A stretch of DNA of 63,781 nucleotides, filler included, from Collodictyon triciliatum (Eukaryota), in the NCBI GenBank assembly GCA_043381765.1. It is 3 parts of 3 records of this genome, joined end to end, with 100 filler letters (N's around TTAATTAATTAA, not from the genome) between each part and the next. Parts side by side here need not be neighbours in the genome. Positions count along the whole stretch, not along the records: positions 1 to 28,588 come from JBHJMP010000937.1; 2 more parts are not named here. One strand, 5' to 3'. The translations under genes and the position numbers were made by a program. The notes below the pieces were generated by a model. It was not told the origin of the DNA. It was given only the letters and a program-made list of their open reading frames with translations, and did not search any database. Each line of letters opens with the position of its first letter. Within the stretch, counting starts at the first letter, position 1. Shown piece by piece: positions 14,372-26,900 of the stretch.

Positions 14372-15480
14372 TCGAAATGCTTGTAATTGATACTAGTAAG
14401 ATAAAAAAAAACGTGATATAGTGTTGTAATATCTGTATTTGGGACACTGCAAACAAGTTTGATATCTGTCATGAGAGTGAGAGAGAGAGAGATAAAGAAC
14501 AGCGAAAAAGAATGACGAAAGTGTGCAATGCCACGCAGCTTGTAAAGTCTGTCGAAATTGAGATGGACGTGGTTCTCTGGCTTTCGCACTGGCTGTGTAA
14601 GAATAAATTCCAACTCTCGCACGAGTTCTTGTCCCTTTCCACGCATACCCACTCACAAAAGACGAAAGTGAATACGGAGGAATAAGCTACTTGCAGCGTT
14701 TCGTAGAAGGGTGTCGTGGTATGTATGTGTCGGTGCTGCTAGAATGTTCTGCCGGCTGGCGCCAACTCTTATACCACAACCCGAGCGCTTAGGACGCCAA
14801 CAATACCGCGGCTTGACACTGCTTTATTGTGTGCTTGTGTTTGTGTTGATTCACGCGGTCATTGACGGTGTCGCCTGCTCTGATATGCCATGCGATTCGA
14901 CATAGATTCGAATTGTGCCTTATCACAAAGAAAATATATATATATAGAACCCCAACAAAAGCTATCTGAAATTAAAAAAAATGTCCCGTTCCATCGCGTC
15001 CGACATACCAGAATAAAACCACGCGCACATTTGCTCGGATGCGCACACTCCTTCTGCAAGGCGAAATGAGAGAAACATATTTTTGCTTCCAACTACCACC
15101 ACCTCAGGCAGAATCAATCATGTTGTCACATCTCCATGTCGCGTTTATTTACGCGAGCTTTTCTTTCTTTTTTTCTATTCTCTTTTTTTTTTTTTATCTT
15201 ATTCAATTTGTCGTTTGTGGGAAAGGCGGTATTACAGTCAAAATATTGTCAAGGCCAACATTCCAACCGCGCAGATTGAAGCGGACGCTCTTTCTGTCGC
15301 GTTGCGTGAATCGCTACTGGCTCTAAATGCATATGTGGAAATCTGGATTGGCCACGCGGGTTCTATTCCAGGTATGTTTTGCTTGGGTTTATCGCACAAT
15401 GGCGGAAGAAGGGCAGCCCGAGGGCAGGCAGTTTGCTTGGCTGCGCGGCTGGCGATGTAAGATAGAGCGAAAGAATCGCA

Positions 15481-16705
15481 TCATTGGTCAGATTCATCGC
15501 AAAGGTGGAGCATTTGAAGTGCCTCAGCAAAAGTTTTGGTCATGGACGGCCAAGGTTTGGTAGTGTTTGTCCAGCAAGGCAAAGCAGTGATTCCGTTGGG
15601 GGCCTTTTTGATCTTGTGTGAGGCCAAGCACACTTTAGTACTGTCATAATTGGGCATATGTGACAGGTTCGGAAATGAATTGCATTTGGAAAAGAAGCTG
15701 TGCGTATTCTGCCATATGAAATGGGTTCATCGGTGAATAGGGGAGATGGGTTTAGGGTTTAGGGTTTAAGAACCTCGATGTTTTTTTCAGCTTCGATGCA
15801 AAGCTGGCTTAAACCTGATAATCTGGTAATCCACTCAGGAATACGATGGATCTTATATTGGTTGATTAATAGATAAACACGCCGTGATATATTGATGCAT
15901 ATCATATTAAAACCTACTTTAAACACATGATCAGTTTAACTGTATGTGCGTTGTACAAAATGATTGAAGGCGTGGCTTACAGGGTTTCCTTCGACATACA
16001 AACTATGCAGGTTTGTCAGCTCGCTCACAGAGTCGGGTATAGAGGTGAACTTGACATAAGTAACAGTTAATCTTATCTTTTTATTGTACTTTTGAAGAGT
16101 ATGTGTGATTTAGCGCTGGAGACATTAGGAAATGCTTTGACAGTTAAGAAATTACTCTGTAGACACTACATTAGTTTAAACAGATTGGCTGACAAACCTT
16201 ATTACATCCCAGGCCAAGAACCCTTAGCTGCGTCATTGTTGATATTGTGGATGGAATGGACGATAGCTGCAAGGGGTAGATACTTTTAAGGTCAGATTTG
16301 CTGAGAGGTTAAAGTGAATATGATATCACCTTCTAGGCTCCACCATTAAGGAGTCATCTTTATAATGAAAATAATAAAAGGCAATAATAATACACTTTGA
16401 ATCGAATAAAGGGAAAAAAAGGCAATGATAATAAAACCAATAAATGTAATTAAGCAATATGATATTTATTTTTGTATATAATATTGGTATAATTAAACTA
16501 TCATAGATAAGGCATAAAAGGACACTGCGTTACAAACATTATTCTGATATAGGTTTAGCTCATGTAAATGCTTGAGCTGAGACAGTCCTTCAGGGGCTTC
16601 AGTCATGCCCTCGTCCACAAGATACAGCAGAGTAGCCGCACCCAGGTCCCCCATCGGCTCGAAGAACGGTCGGAGTCTTTTGACCTCTGCCAAATCACCG
16701 CTCAT
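15481..16705 (-). CDS. Small leucine-rich-repeat protein, 5 exons
   Basis: Exons 16538-16705, 16198-16266 (LSSIPSTISTMTQLRVLGLGCNK), 15981-16049 (FTSIPDSVSELTNLHSLYVEGNP), 15774-15851 and 15481-~15612. All introns are phase 0. Confidence 0.85.
15748..15770 (+). repeat. Interstitial telomere-type repeat (TTTAGGG) x~3
   Basis: GGG TTTAGGG TTTAGGG TTTAAG inside an LRR-gene intron. Confidence 0.55.
16376..16433 (+). mobile_element. Ultra-short retroposon-like insert, copy 1
   Basis: AAAAGGCAATAATAATA [C ACTTTGAATCGAATAAAGGG AAA] AAAAGGCAATGATAATA. 17-bp TSD with 1 mismatch, in LRR intron 1. Confidence 0.8.
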
Positions 16706-17009
16706 ACTGCAAAAGCTGCTTAAAGAATCGGTCACTGCGCTGTTAATTCATTCTACCTTCCCAGTCGAACCGAAAGATTGGAATCATTGTTCCAGCGTGA
16801 TTGTATGCTTCCCTTTTTTTTTTTTCTTACTGTACAATCCTATCCTTTTCTCTAGGTCTGCGCCTCTTATTTATTATTATTTTTTTTTTTTCATTTACCA
16901 GCAGCTGAATCATCGATCCTTTAGCGCACAGCGCGCATATAACCCACCGATCGATGATAGTTTTGAATCAGCTTTTTTCACTAGCGTTTCCTTCAGCGGA
17001 TCTTTCCAA

Positions 17010-17115
17010 TACTATTACTTTTACTATTACTTTTACTATTACTTTTACTATTACTTTTACTATTACTTTTACTATGACTATGACTATGACTATGACTTTT
17101 ACCTTTACTTTTAAC
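17010..17115. repeat. Compound microsatellite (TACTATTACTTT)n / (TATGAC)n
   Basis: Tandem 12- and 6-mer units between the LRR and BolA genes. Confidence 0.9.
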
Positions 17116-17302
17116 TTTGCTTCGTCTTTTTTTTTTCCGTTTCGACTTCCGTCTAGCCCCATCCACCACATGAATGAATGGAGGAGCAAGATGTAATGGG
17201 CCACCTTCCCACCATCACTTTTTCACTCACCGCATCATTCGCGAGATTGTCTGATGATATTTCATATACCTTACAAAAAAAAAAAGGTACTTTGCCGCTT
17301 CC

Positions 17303-18015
17303 ATGTCGCTTATCTTCGCACTCCGCACACTCGTTCGCCCGCCAGCACAGTTGAGTCAGTTTGGCCGCTTTTCTGGATCTCTTCGTCCATTCAGCTTTTC
17401 TGGATGCAGACACACCGACGATCACGTTCACAACGAATCCTGCGGCCATCATCACCATCAAGAAAACAAAAAGGAAAATCAACTTCGCTCTGCTTTGCAG
17501 AAGCGCTTTATTTCCGGTCACACTGATGTCCGTGATGTCTCTGGTACGCTGGATACTTTTTTTCAACCGAGTAGTTCATCTAGCGGAGATATTTATTTCC
17601 CTATTATTCTTTATTCAGAAGCATTACAGTACTGACTATATTCTTTCCAGCCTACTATTTACACTTATACCATGAACATATTCCTTTTTTATTGTATGCA
17701 TCATTGTTGTCTGATTTGGACTTGTTTGCATATTGATAGCCTACTCTTTTTATACATGAATCTCAGCAATCACCGCTTTTTGTTTTTTCTGATAAATCGT
17801 ACAACATAGGTGGGTGCGGAGCTAGCTTTGTTGTTTTTGTTGTCAGCCCGGAGTTTGAGGGAAAATCCAAATTGCAGCGACAGCGCCTCGTGAATGAAGT
17901 CCTTGCTCCGTATATGTCGGATATTCATGCCATCCAACAGAGTGCAATCACTCCGGATGAGTGGAAGGCCAAACTAGACACCCGTGCCCACCATCAAGAA
18001 AATGCTGCAAAATAG
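17303..18015 (+). CDS. BolA-family protein with predicted mitochondrial presequence (BOLA2/3-like), 2 exons
   Basis: R/S/L-rich N-terminus, then DVSGGCGASF.V.VVSPEFEGKSKLQRQRLVNEVL...IHA...TPDEW. Confidence 0.9.
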
Positions 18016-20663
18016 CAGTCTTGTGATTTAAGTGCCTGGTGATTTGCATCGTACATTTAGTATTTTGTAATTTGAAATTTGATATTTGTCTTTTTTTTTT
18101 TTCTTCAAACATGCTACCAACTTTGCGTGAAGAGTCCGCAATAATTCTAGTTGCTTAGCTTTTCTTATCTTTTTAATTTGGAATGATGATCAGATGTGCA
18201 TTTATTAGAATTACCACGGGTGTTGAATTAGAAAATGAAGTATTTTTATTCTATCCCGCATCCGTCTCATTAAGACAACAGGCTCATTCGTGACAGAGAA
18301 GGGTGAGAACGCATAATCGTTTTGGGTGCTAGCTTCCGTCACGCATATTCCCTGCATCAAAAAGATTGGCATTCTGTAATAAGACAAAAGCGCGTGGTGA
18401 GAGGTAGTGTACATCCAAAACAAGTTTATGATATGATTTACTGGGTATCTGGGGAGAATCCTTGCTAACTCATATTGAGCGAGACAGATAAAACGTGTCT
18501 TGGCTGAAAGCTGTACAATTTTTATCCGCGAGAATGGGCGAAGGCTTGTGATGCATATCCGAGAGTGAGGGATATGTATAGAAATAATTCTAATTCGAAT
18601 TAGGGGAACCTATGGAACAGGTTGGAATCCGTGCACGGGATTCAATATAACAGCACTTGCTTGAGTGTTTGTGATAGCTCCATTATTTAATTGCTATTAG
18701 TATTATATTATAAGACAAAAAAAATTCATTTTAACAATTTCGATGACATTTGTGTCTTTGAAAAAAGAAAAGAAGCAAGAAAATGCATAGTATATTTCGG
18801 GGCGTAAGCGTTACGCAGGAGATGAAATGTTTGTGACTAAGCGAAGCGGTCTTTCAGAAGAACACTGTTTCTAATGCTGCTGAATTGGATAGACCCTTGG
18901 TCCCAGACACACGTGCAACTCTAATACATGGAGGAAAATACCAAAGTTCAAGCGAAAAAAAAAATCATACAAAAGGAAATTGTAGTGATTGTTTGTTTGT
19001 TTGTTTGTTTGTTTTTGTTTGCATCTATGTGTATACCTCATTTTCTTTAAAAAACAACAATAATAATTTGCCTGCACTTATTGAACACCTAGTCAGAGGA
19101 CGGTTAGTTTTTCGTTATAGAGAAAAGTTTCACATCATATCGGCCATTCGAGTCAGATTTATAGCCAGCTTTTCCATGCAAAAGCCTTCCCTTGAAACGA
19201 ATGAAGGGAAATCCCGTCACCTTCCTCGAAGATTCCACCCAAAAAAAATAAAAACAAAAAAACAAAAAACAAACAGAAGAGGAAGAAAAGGAAGAAAGCG
19301 CTCGCTCCCCGTTTTACCGGAGATTTGAGGGTAGAACACGGCCCTCTAATTCAAATCTGGAATCCCTACAAGGGCATAAAAAAATTGGCCGGCTTCCATT
19401 GCTGGAAACTCCGACCATCCTCTAGCGTGCCTTATCATTCACATATCACAGGAGCGGGCTGAATGTACTATCCTCACTCCCATACACCATCATATGTCCA
19501 TTTATTGAATACATAACCCATATTGAAATGCCGCACCACAGATGCTCTCCAGAACCAGACATAACTGCCACATCGGGGAATGTACACGACACCATTCAAG
19601 GAAAGCATATACACAACAAGCATCGAATGATTCATATCTTATCTTAGAACAACAACCTACTTGTGGTAGACCTCGGGAATCCCGCCACGCCTGCATTTGT
19701 ACCCAGCTACTGCTTCGCTCCGCTTACGGCGGAAGGGCAAATAGTGTGCAGAAATGACAGCACGTGCAACCGTATTGGGAAGGTGGGGTTAGTTTGAAGC
19801 TTGCCTTGCTAGTGCTTTGCTCGTTTGGGTGACCTGCAGATTCATACGACATCTGGAGCAGAAATGTTCAATGGCTGCGCACAATGCGCGACGGATGCAC
19901 ACTTTATTGGTATGGAACAAACCGATACATCGATTTTTGTTACCGCGGATGGATGCCAAAGGGGGTATGATTCTTCACAGGATACGAAGGTTTGACAATA
20001 TTGGAAAGTACGAGTAACGGCTTGTGCAACTACGATTTTCTCCACATTTGTACTTTCAGCGAGGAGTATGGCGGAGAAGCAGCGCGAATTCCACACTGGG
20101 AGGGTATATACCCTACAACCAAGTTGGGTACTCAAGCGCGCAATGCTCGCCCACTCAACTGCAGAAGATTTCCAAACGGTGCGCTACAACCGCGCTGGGA
20201 GCGGGAGCACAAATCGACAGTGACGGAAAGGTATGTCCACAAGAGGGAAGTCGGAGTTTCCAAACTTGTCTATTGCATCAATCTACCTCATCACACAGGG
20301 AGACGCAACTCTAATAACATTACATGCAAGAAAAGCATAGGTGAGACACCAATAGCGGCACGCTAGAGGGTCGCCATGGGGCGGAGGCCAGCTAGGTAAT
20401 AGATTGCCTATTGTCTGTGTCATTTTCTATTGTGGGTTAATAGTCGACAAGCCTTTCCTGGAATAATCCACATTTGGTTGTATCCACCGCCTCTGCTGGC
20501 TATCGGCTTGTGGCCAGGTGGCGAGATCTTCACGGCAGAAGGACTGGGCGTAGAAGCTTGGGTCGGGCGACTCGGTGGATGGGTGTGGGAGAGGCCAAAG
20601 CAACAATCGAGCGGGTTGAACATAAGAACGCTTCACTATTTAGATCGAAAAAGGTTACCGAAT

Positions 20664-21606
20664 ATGTCCACTGCGGAAGCCGGAGGCGCTGAACTAGAAA
20701 GCACAACTGCGCCTCACAGAACAGAAGGTCCGAGCGACGGTACTGTGGCTGCTGCAGGAAAGGAGGCCGACCCCGAGGGCACGGAACAGGGCATGGCCAT
20801 GAAGGAAAAGAAGAAGAAGAAGAAGGGTAGAGCAAAAGGCGAGGTTGTTGCTGGGACGACAGAAGCTGCTGCTGGTATTGCTTCATCTCGACAATTAACC
20901 TGTGTTGCTCTTTCGCTGTACTTTTTTTTTTTTTTTACCTTTATCCCCTCTCAAACTGAATGGCAGAGAATATCGTTGATATATCTCTGAACCAGGAATT
21001 GAACTGGGAGAAAGGGTTACAAATACACAGCAGTGATCACCCCACCCCACCCCACCCCCCATGTCTCCGCCCGCACCAAAACTGAAGCAGTATTTTTTGT
21101 TTGTTACCCCGATGCAGACAAACGCGAGTATACGTACGAACAGGAGTTGGAGTGGTGTATAGAGCAACTCAATTTGGGATTAAAGAGAAGCGGCGTGACA
21201 CCCGAGCAAGGTAATTCCACAGCAGCAAATTTCTTGTCTTTATGGATGCCCCTTGCTCGTTTGAATTTGTATGCCTCTATTTAATTTGCTTTTCCCATGG
21301 TTTCAATATATTTTAATCTATTCCCATGCATCTCTGCCTTATTTTTTTCTTTCCTTCTCCCTATTCTTCGACCCAAGTTTGGGTTTGCTACTTGTGATCA
21401 TGTATCTTTATATATCGGACGTCTTTAAAATAATAACATTTTTTTAATGCGATATAGCGGCAGAGTCCAATCGTGTGATAAAGATACTTACATCCGCAAA
21501 GACCCCGCTACCCAAAAAACGGGCAACCATGCACCTCACATTCGGAGATTACAGAAAGTGGATGAAGAAAATGGGCGTTGTGCCTCTTGGAGATCCTGTA
21601 GAATGA
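20664..21606 (+). CDS. UPF0488/DUF4615 (C8orf33-like) protein, 3 exons
   Basis: EQELEWCIEQLNLGL and LTSAKTPLPKKRATMHLTFGDYRK match the family motifs as recalled. Confidence 0.8.
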
Positions 21607-22958
21607 ACAATTGCATGGTGTTGAGATACCCTTTATCAATAATGAAAGTAGAACCATGGGTGCGAATATAAAATTAAGGGATTTTTATTTCCTTTATATG
21701 ATTCAAAGTGCTGCGAGGTTGTGTCATACAAAGGGCCGGGATGGGAGCGCATGGGAGAGAGCAAATGCGAGTAGGAGAAGACTAAACCGCATTCATTTTA
21801 GACTCGGGGTGCATTCTTGCTAACAGCTCCTCGCTGGTCACTGTACAGAACGATTTTTGTATGCCACTGGACATCACCCACTCCAATACACTGGGAATGC
21901 AAGACGCAGATGAGGGTGATAATATAATATGTTGAACTTTGTCGGTTTTTTAGCGGCACGGAAAAAATCATGTACTTACCTTCATATCCACCCAACAAGA
22001 TGTGTAAAATAGAAGATTAATTGAAAGGAACGACGGCTTTGTGGTTTCCGTATACAAAAATGATAAGATGCCTCTCCCCTTCGTCCTCCTTTTTTTTCTT
22101 TTTATCAGTTCATCCAATATGTTGAGGTGGAAATGTTTTGGCTTTGGTTCGCTAGACTTTTTTCATGTGGGCGTTACATCGTTGCCGAGTGGCAAAGAAG
22201 TAGTTGGTATTCAAGAACTGCATCATACGCAATGGCTTGCAGCCTGGCTCCTGTGCTTGCGTGAGCGAGGTACAACGGGGTTTAACCTCCTCTGTTTCTT
22301 TCCACAGGCTGCAAATTCATTTAATGAGAGACTGGTTCCTTCCTTCAAGCGTTTGTTCCAAACGATACGGAGGAAGTATGACTCTAGTCGCTATTTAAAA
22401 TTATTTCTTTCTTTTTTTTGGACTCCTTTTTTAATCTTCAAGAAGCATATTGTACCACGATTGAATAGAAAAATAAAAATAAAATAAATGCGCACCCAAA
22501 CAACATGATAAGATATAATGGATAGACCCATCACCCCATTTGCATTATCATTTGGTTGTCTCATATCATACTTCCTTGGCGTCTCTATGAGCCCTATTAT
22601 CCCAGATAACTGGACTATATAATGAATCCTTCTTTACAGTTTGATCTATTGCACCGTCCCTTTCCTATTAATTATCGCCTTGTGACAAGAAACCTTAAAA
22701 AAAAAAATGTAAAAATTAATTAGCAAAAGCACTGCAAAGCAAAGCTATTCAAATAAAAGAAATAGGATACATATGTTTTTTTAATAAATAAATAAAAAAA
22801 AAGTAAGGTAGTCTCTGTTCCGCAGGAATCCTGTAGTACAGCTGAGGCCTCCTAACCTTCAAACCGCCTAAAAATCTGCTTTCTAGAATTTGATCTATTC
22901 ATGAATCATCTTTTGAGTCTTTGCAACCTCCCAGTAGGCCAAACATATATCTCCTCCC

Positions 22959-23023
<65 letters not shown>

Positions 23024-23675
23024 TCATGATTTAAAGTGCCTCTATTGACAATGAATCGAGTATCAGAAAAAAAAGTGGCTGCTCTTGTGCGGTTTGGTTT
23101 GTATGTTCGGCCTAGAAAGAAGAAAAGGCAGAATCATAAAGAAAGTCCTCGAGGGTGATTCAGTCACGATTCGAGCGCTGGCGCAGTCTTGCCTTTGTCA
23201 CAAAATAACGCAGACAAACCTCCTACCCAACGGTCGAGAGATCAAACATGACAGCAGACGCCGCATTACAGTAGCAGAGTGCCTACATTAACTAGTTGGG
23301 CAAGACTACATGAATCTCTTACCAAGGATACGTAAATCATAAGGATAGAAAGCATATGTATCAAGTCATTTTGAAAACTGTCACTTTTGTTCTTTCTGTA
23401 TGAAATTTTGAATATAATAATATAATTTCCACATATAAATCGGCAAATACCAGATTGTTCTCGAACCTTCGCCACCAGATTGGGGCAGAATATTCGAATT
23501 GCGGTTTTCTGTTCGCGGAAAGCAAGTGCAGAACAATTTCCAATAAGGACATATTAATCGAACATATGAAGAAAACACTATTTTTGGAGTTATTTTTGTA
23601 CTGCCTCCACCGCACCAACCCATTTATCAGGCATGATTAAGCCGCAGAATGTTCCACCACCTCGCAAAGGCGATC

Positions 23676-23733
23676 ATGTTAGCACCACGCACTTTGAATC
23701 GAATAAAGGAAAAAAAAATATTAGCACCACGCA
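23676..23733 (+). mobile_element. Ultra-short retroposon-like insert, copy 2
   Basis: ATGTTAGCACCACGC [ACTTTGAATCGAATAAAGG AAAAAAAA] ATATTAGCACCACGC. 15-bp TSD with 1 mismatch, upstream of Hsp70. Confidence 0.85.
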
Positions 23734-23967
23734 GAAGCCCGCAGCATATTAAGAGAGACTGCGATCAGAATCCCTCGCACACTCCCAGGGGCTGTGGTCT
23801 GGTGCACGCAAAGCATTTCGATCCCCACACAGCATCGCAGAAACAAACACCCAACGAGGTCGAATCACTGATGAATCACAAAGAGCAGCAACAGCAACCA
23901 AGCGGCAACCTACCAGTCTCCAATAGTCACCCAGTCCCACAACATATTCACACTGACCGGCACACAG

Positions 23968-26900
23968 ATGTCGATGCTTCTTCGCCGAAGTCTGGCCGGA
24001 ATCCAGGGCCGCTCGTCCCTCTTGCAACTGGAAAACACCCACCCTTTTGCCCAAGTACCCGTGCGCAACTACTCGTCCAAGGACAGCTCCAACCGCCCCA
24101 CTGGACAAGTCATCGGAATCGATCTTGGAACCACAAACTCCTGCGTTGCCGTTCTCGAAGGTAACTGCCTTCTTGGCTGCTTGTCATCTCACGCCTTCTC
24201 TTGCCCGAAGTGCAACCGCCTCTCTCGCTTCTTCTGTGCCCTTGTGGATCCTTTCAGCCCCAACCCGCTGAATACACCAAACTCTCGCCTTTATTCTATG
24301 GAGCTTAAAAGACACCTGTTTTGTCTCCAGGTACAAATTCTCGCGTCTTGGAGAACTCGGAGGGTGCTCGTACGACTCCTTCCGTCGTTGCCTTCACTGC
24401 TGAAGGTGAACGCCTTGTGGGAAGCTTGGCGAAGCGCCAGGTGAGTTTCGTTCACGTCCGTTCCCCCCCTCATGCCAGAGACTTTTCCACAAAAAGTTCT
24501 CTAGTGTGCCGCTTTATCCCCTTCTTTTGCCTCTGAGAATGCCAAACTTGAAAATTCAGGCCGTCACCAACCCGGAGAACACTTTCCATGCCACCAAACG
24601 CCTCATCGGCCGCTTCTATGACGACCCCACGACCCAGAAAGACAAGAAGATGGTGCGATCAAATACCATTTTCTCTTTCTAAACGATACATCCAGCCAAA
24701 CTGAGCCAAGTCTTGATACACAACCTGATTCCTGTCTTTAACATAGGTCCCTTACAAGATCGTTGAAGGCCCCAACGGTGAAGCCTGGGTCGAGGCAAAC
24801 GGAAAGCCGTACAGCCCTAGCCAGATCGGCGCCTTCATCCTCATGAAAATGAAAGAGACCGCTGGTTAGTCTTTCCCCTTCCTCCACGATCACCCTATTT
24901 CAACCAGTTCGACTGTGCACCGACCTCGTTTCGCACATCTCACGAAAATATAACCATGTAGAGACCTATTTGAACAAGAAGGTTAAGGATGCTGTTATCA
25001 CCGTCCCTGCCTACTTTAACGTCAAGCAACGTGAAGCCACCAAAGTTGCCGGAGAGATTGCTGGGCTCACCGTAAAATCTCTTACAATGACATGATAATA
25101 TGGAGATATTGAACGCTGATATGATCATACTGGGAAACCCTCTGAATTTTCCTTGCCCTAAACTCCCTCTCTCTTCCACACCAGGTCCACCGTATCATCA
25201 ACGAACCTACTGCCGCTGCCCTGGCATATGGGTTGGATAAGAAGTCAGGTGAATACCTCGGCCAATGATGTGTTCTCTCCTACACTGTAAGGTCAAGGAC
25301 ATACTGGAGCATATATATTCTGACCCATCTTCCCTCTTTTCTGATACAAACAAGGTTCCACCGTTGCCATTTACGATCTTGGAGGCGGAACGTTCGACGT
25401 CTCTATCCTAGAGATGAACAGCGGGGTCTTTGAGGTAATGGTCTCCTTGTTAACACACGCTTCCGAAGCACCAAGACTACTATCTTCCATTTGTTTTTGG
25501 CTTATGAGATTATTGGATGGCTTGCCCTGACAACCTCACCCGACCACTTGGGGAAATAAATAGGTGAAAGCCACTAACGGAGATACCTTCCTTGGCGGAG
25601 AAGACTTTGACAATCGTATTTGCGAATATATGATTGCCGAGTTCAAGAAGACCGTACGTAATCTTACCTTATCAAAAAACTAATCGCTTCCAGCATGAAC
25701 ATCCATTGATTGATATCTCATATCTAGAATGGCATTGACCTATCCAAAGATCGTCTTGCTCTTCAACGTATTCGTGAGGCTTCCGAGAAGGCTAAGATTG
25801 AGCTTTCCTCTTCGACTGTTGTAAGCAACTACCGCTCGAGATGACTCTCATGCAATAGTCTTGCTCGAACAAGATATAGACCAATATTCTTTTTTTTTTT
25901 CCCCCTTTATTCGATTCAAAGTTATATAGACCAATATTCTAAAGTGACCTCTCACAACCAGTCCGACATCAACTTGCCTTACATCACCGCCGATGCCACT
26001 GGCCCAAAGCACTTGGCCATTAAGTTCACTCGCGCAAAGGTCAGAATTCATACTCACAATAATGATTGAGGCTGCGCACTGAAATTCTAGTCACATAAAG
26101 TTCATGTCATATATCACAACCCTAACTCAATGTATCTATTAGATGGAAGCCCTTGTTGACGACCTGATTTCCAGAACCATTGAACCCTGCAAGCAGTGTA
26201 TCAAGGACTCTGGTGTGAGCTTGAGCCAGATCGGCGAAGTCGTCCTCGTTGGTGGTATGACCCGTATGCCCAAGGTTGTGGAAACTGTCCAGAAGTTCTT
26301 CCAGAAGAAACCCTTCCAAGGCGTCAATCCCGATGAAGTCGTCGCAATGGGTGCCGCCATCCAGGTGAGGCATTTAGTCACATCTAGTAGTTCCTTATCA
26401 TCGTGTTGTCTCGTACCTGGTTGCAACAATCATTGATTTATTCTACAGGGAGGCGTCTTGAGTGGTGAAGTCACAGACATTCTGGTAATACTACTTTTAA
26501 TACTCACAAACAGCATGAATCCACCCTGCAAAGCACTAGATTCTCCAACAGTTATATACTATTAAAGAATGGTTTGTCTAGCTCCTGGACGTCACATCTC
26601 TCTCCCTTGGCATTGAAACTCTCGGAGGTGTGTTCTCCCGCCTGATCAACCGCAACACCACAATCCCTGTTAAGAAGTCTCAGTCCTTCTCAACTGCCGC
26701 CGACAACCAGACCTCAGTCCAAGTCAAGGTTCTCCAAGGTACGACCAACTAATCTTGTCTATTTCAATCAGTTTCCTTTGTATTCTGAGGAATGTTACCT
26801 CCATCCCGCTACCCAATAAACATTCGAGTCTCTGCTGATATCGTGGACTGATTTAGGCGAGCGTGAAATGGCGGAGGACAATCAACTTCTTGGTGAATTC

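Noticed and set aside
18200-20400. Short ORFs and splice-like sites between BolA and UPF0488; similarly 600-1900 and 48200-49400
   Set aside because: No coherent exon chain, domain motif or snRNA/SRP/RNase P signature was recognised.
21980-22390. Minus-strand frame interrupted only by three TGA codons, between an acceptor and a GTAAGT donor (recoding?)
   Set aside because: No recognisable protein. TGA ends other genes here and no conserved gene has in-frame stops, so there is no support for an altered code.
25090-25146. C/D-like boxes in Hsp70 intron 5 (and intron 6, ~25265-25323)
   Set aside because: Imperfect box C, short length, no terminal stem and no recognisable rRNA guide.
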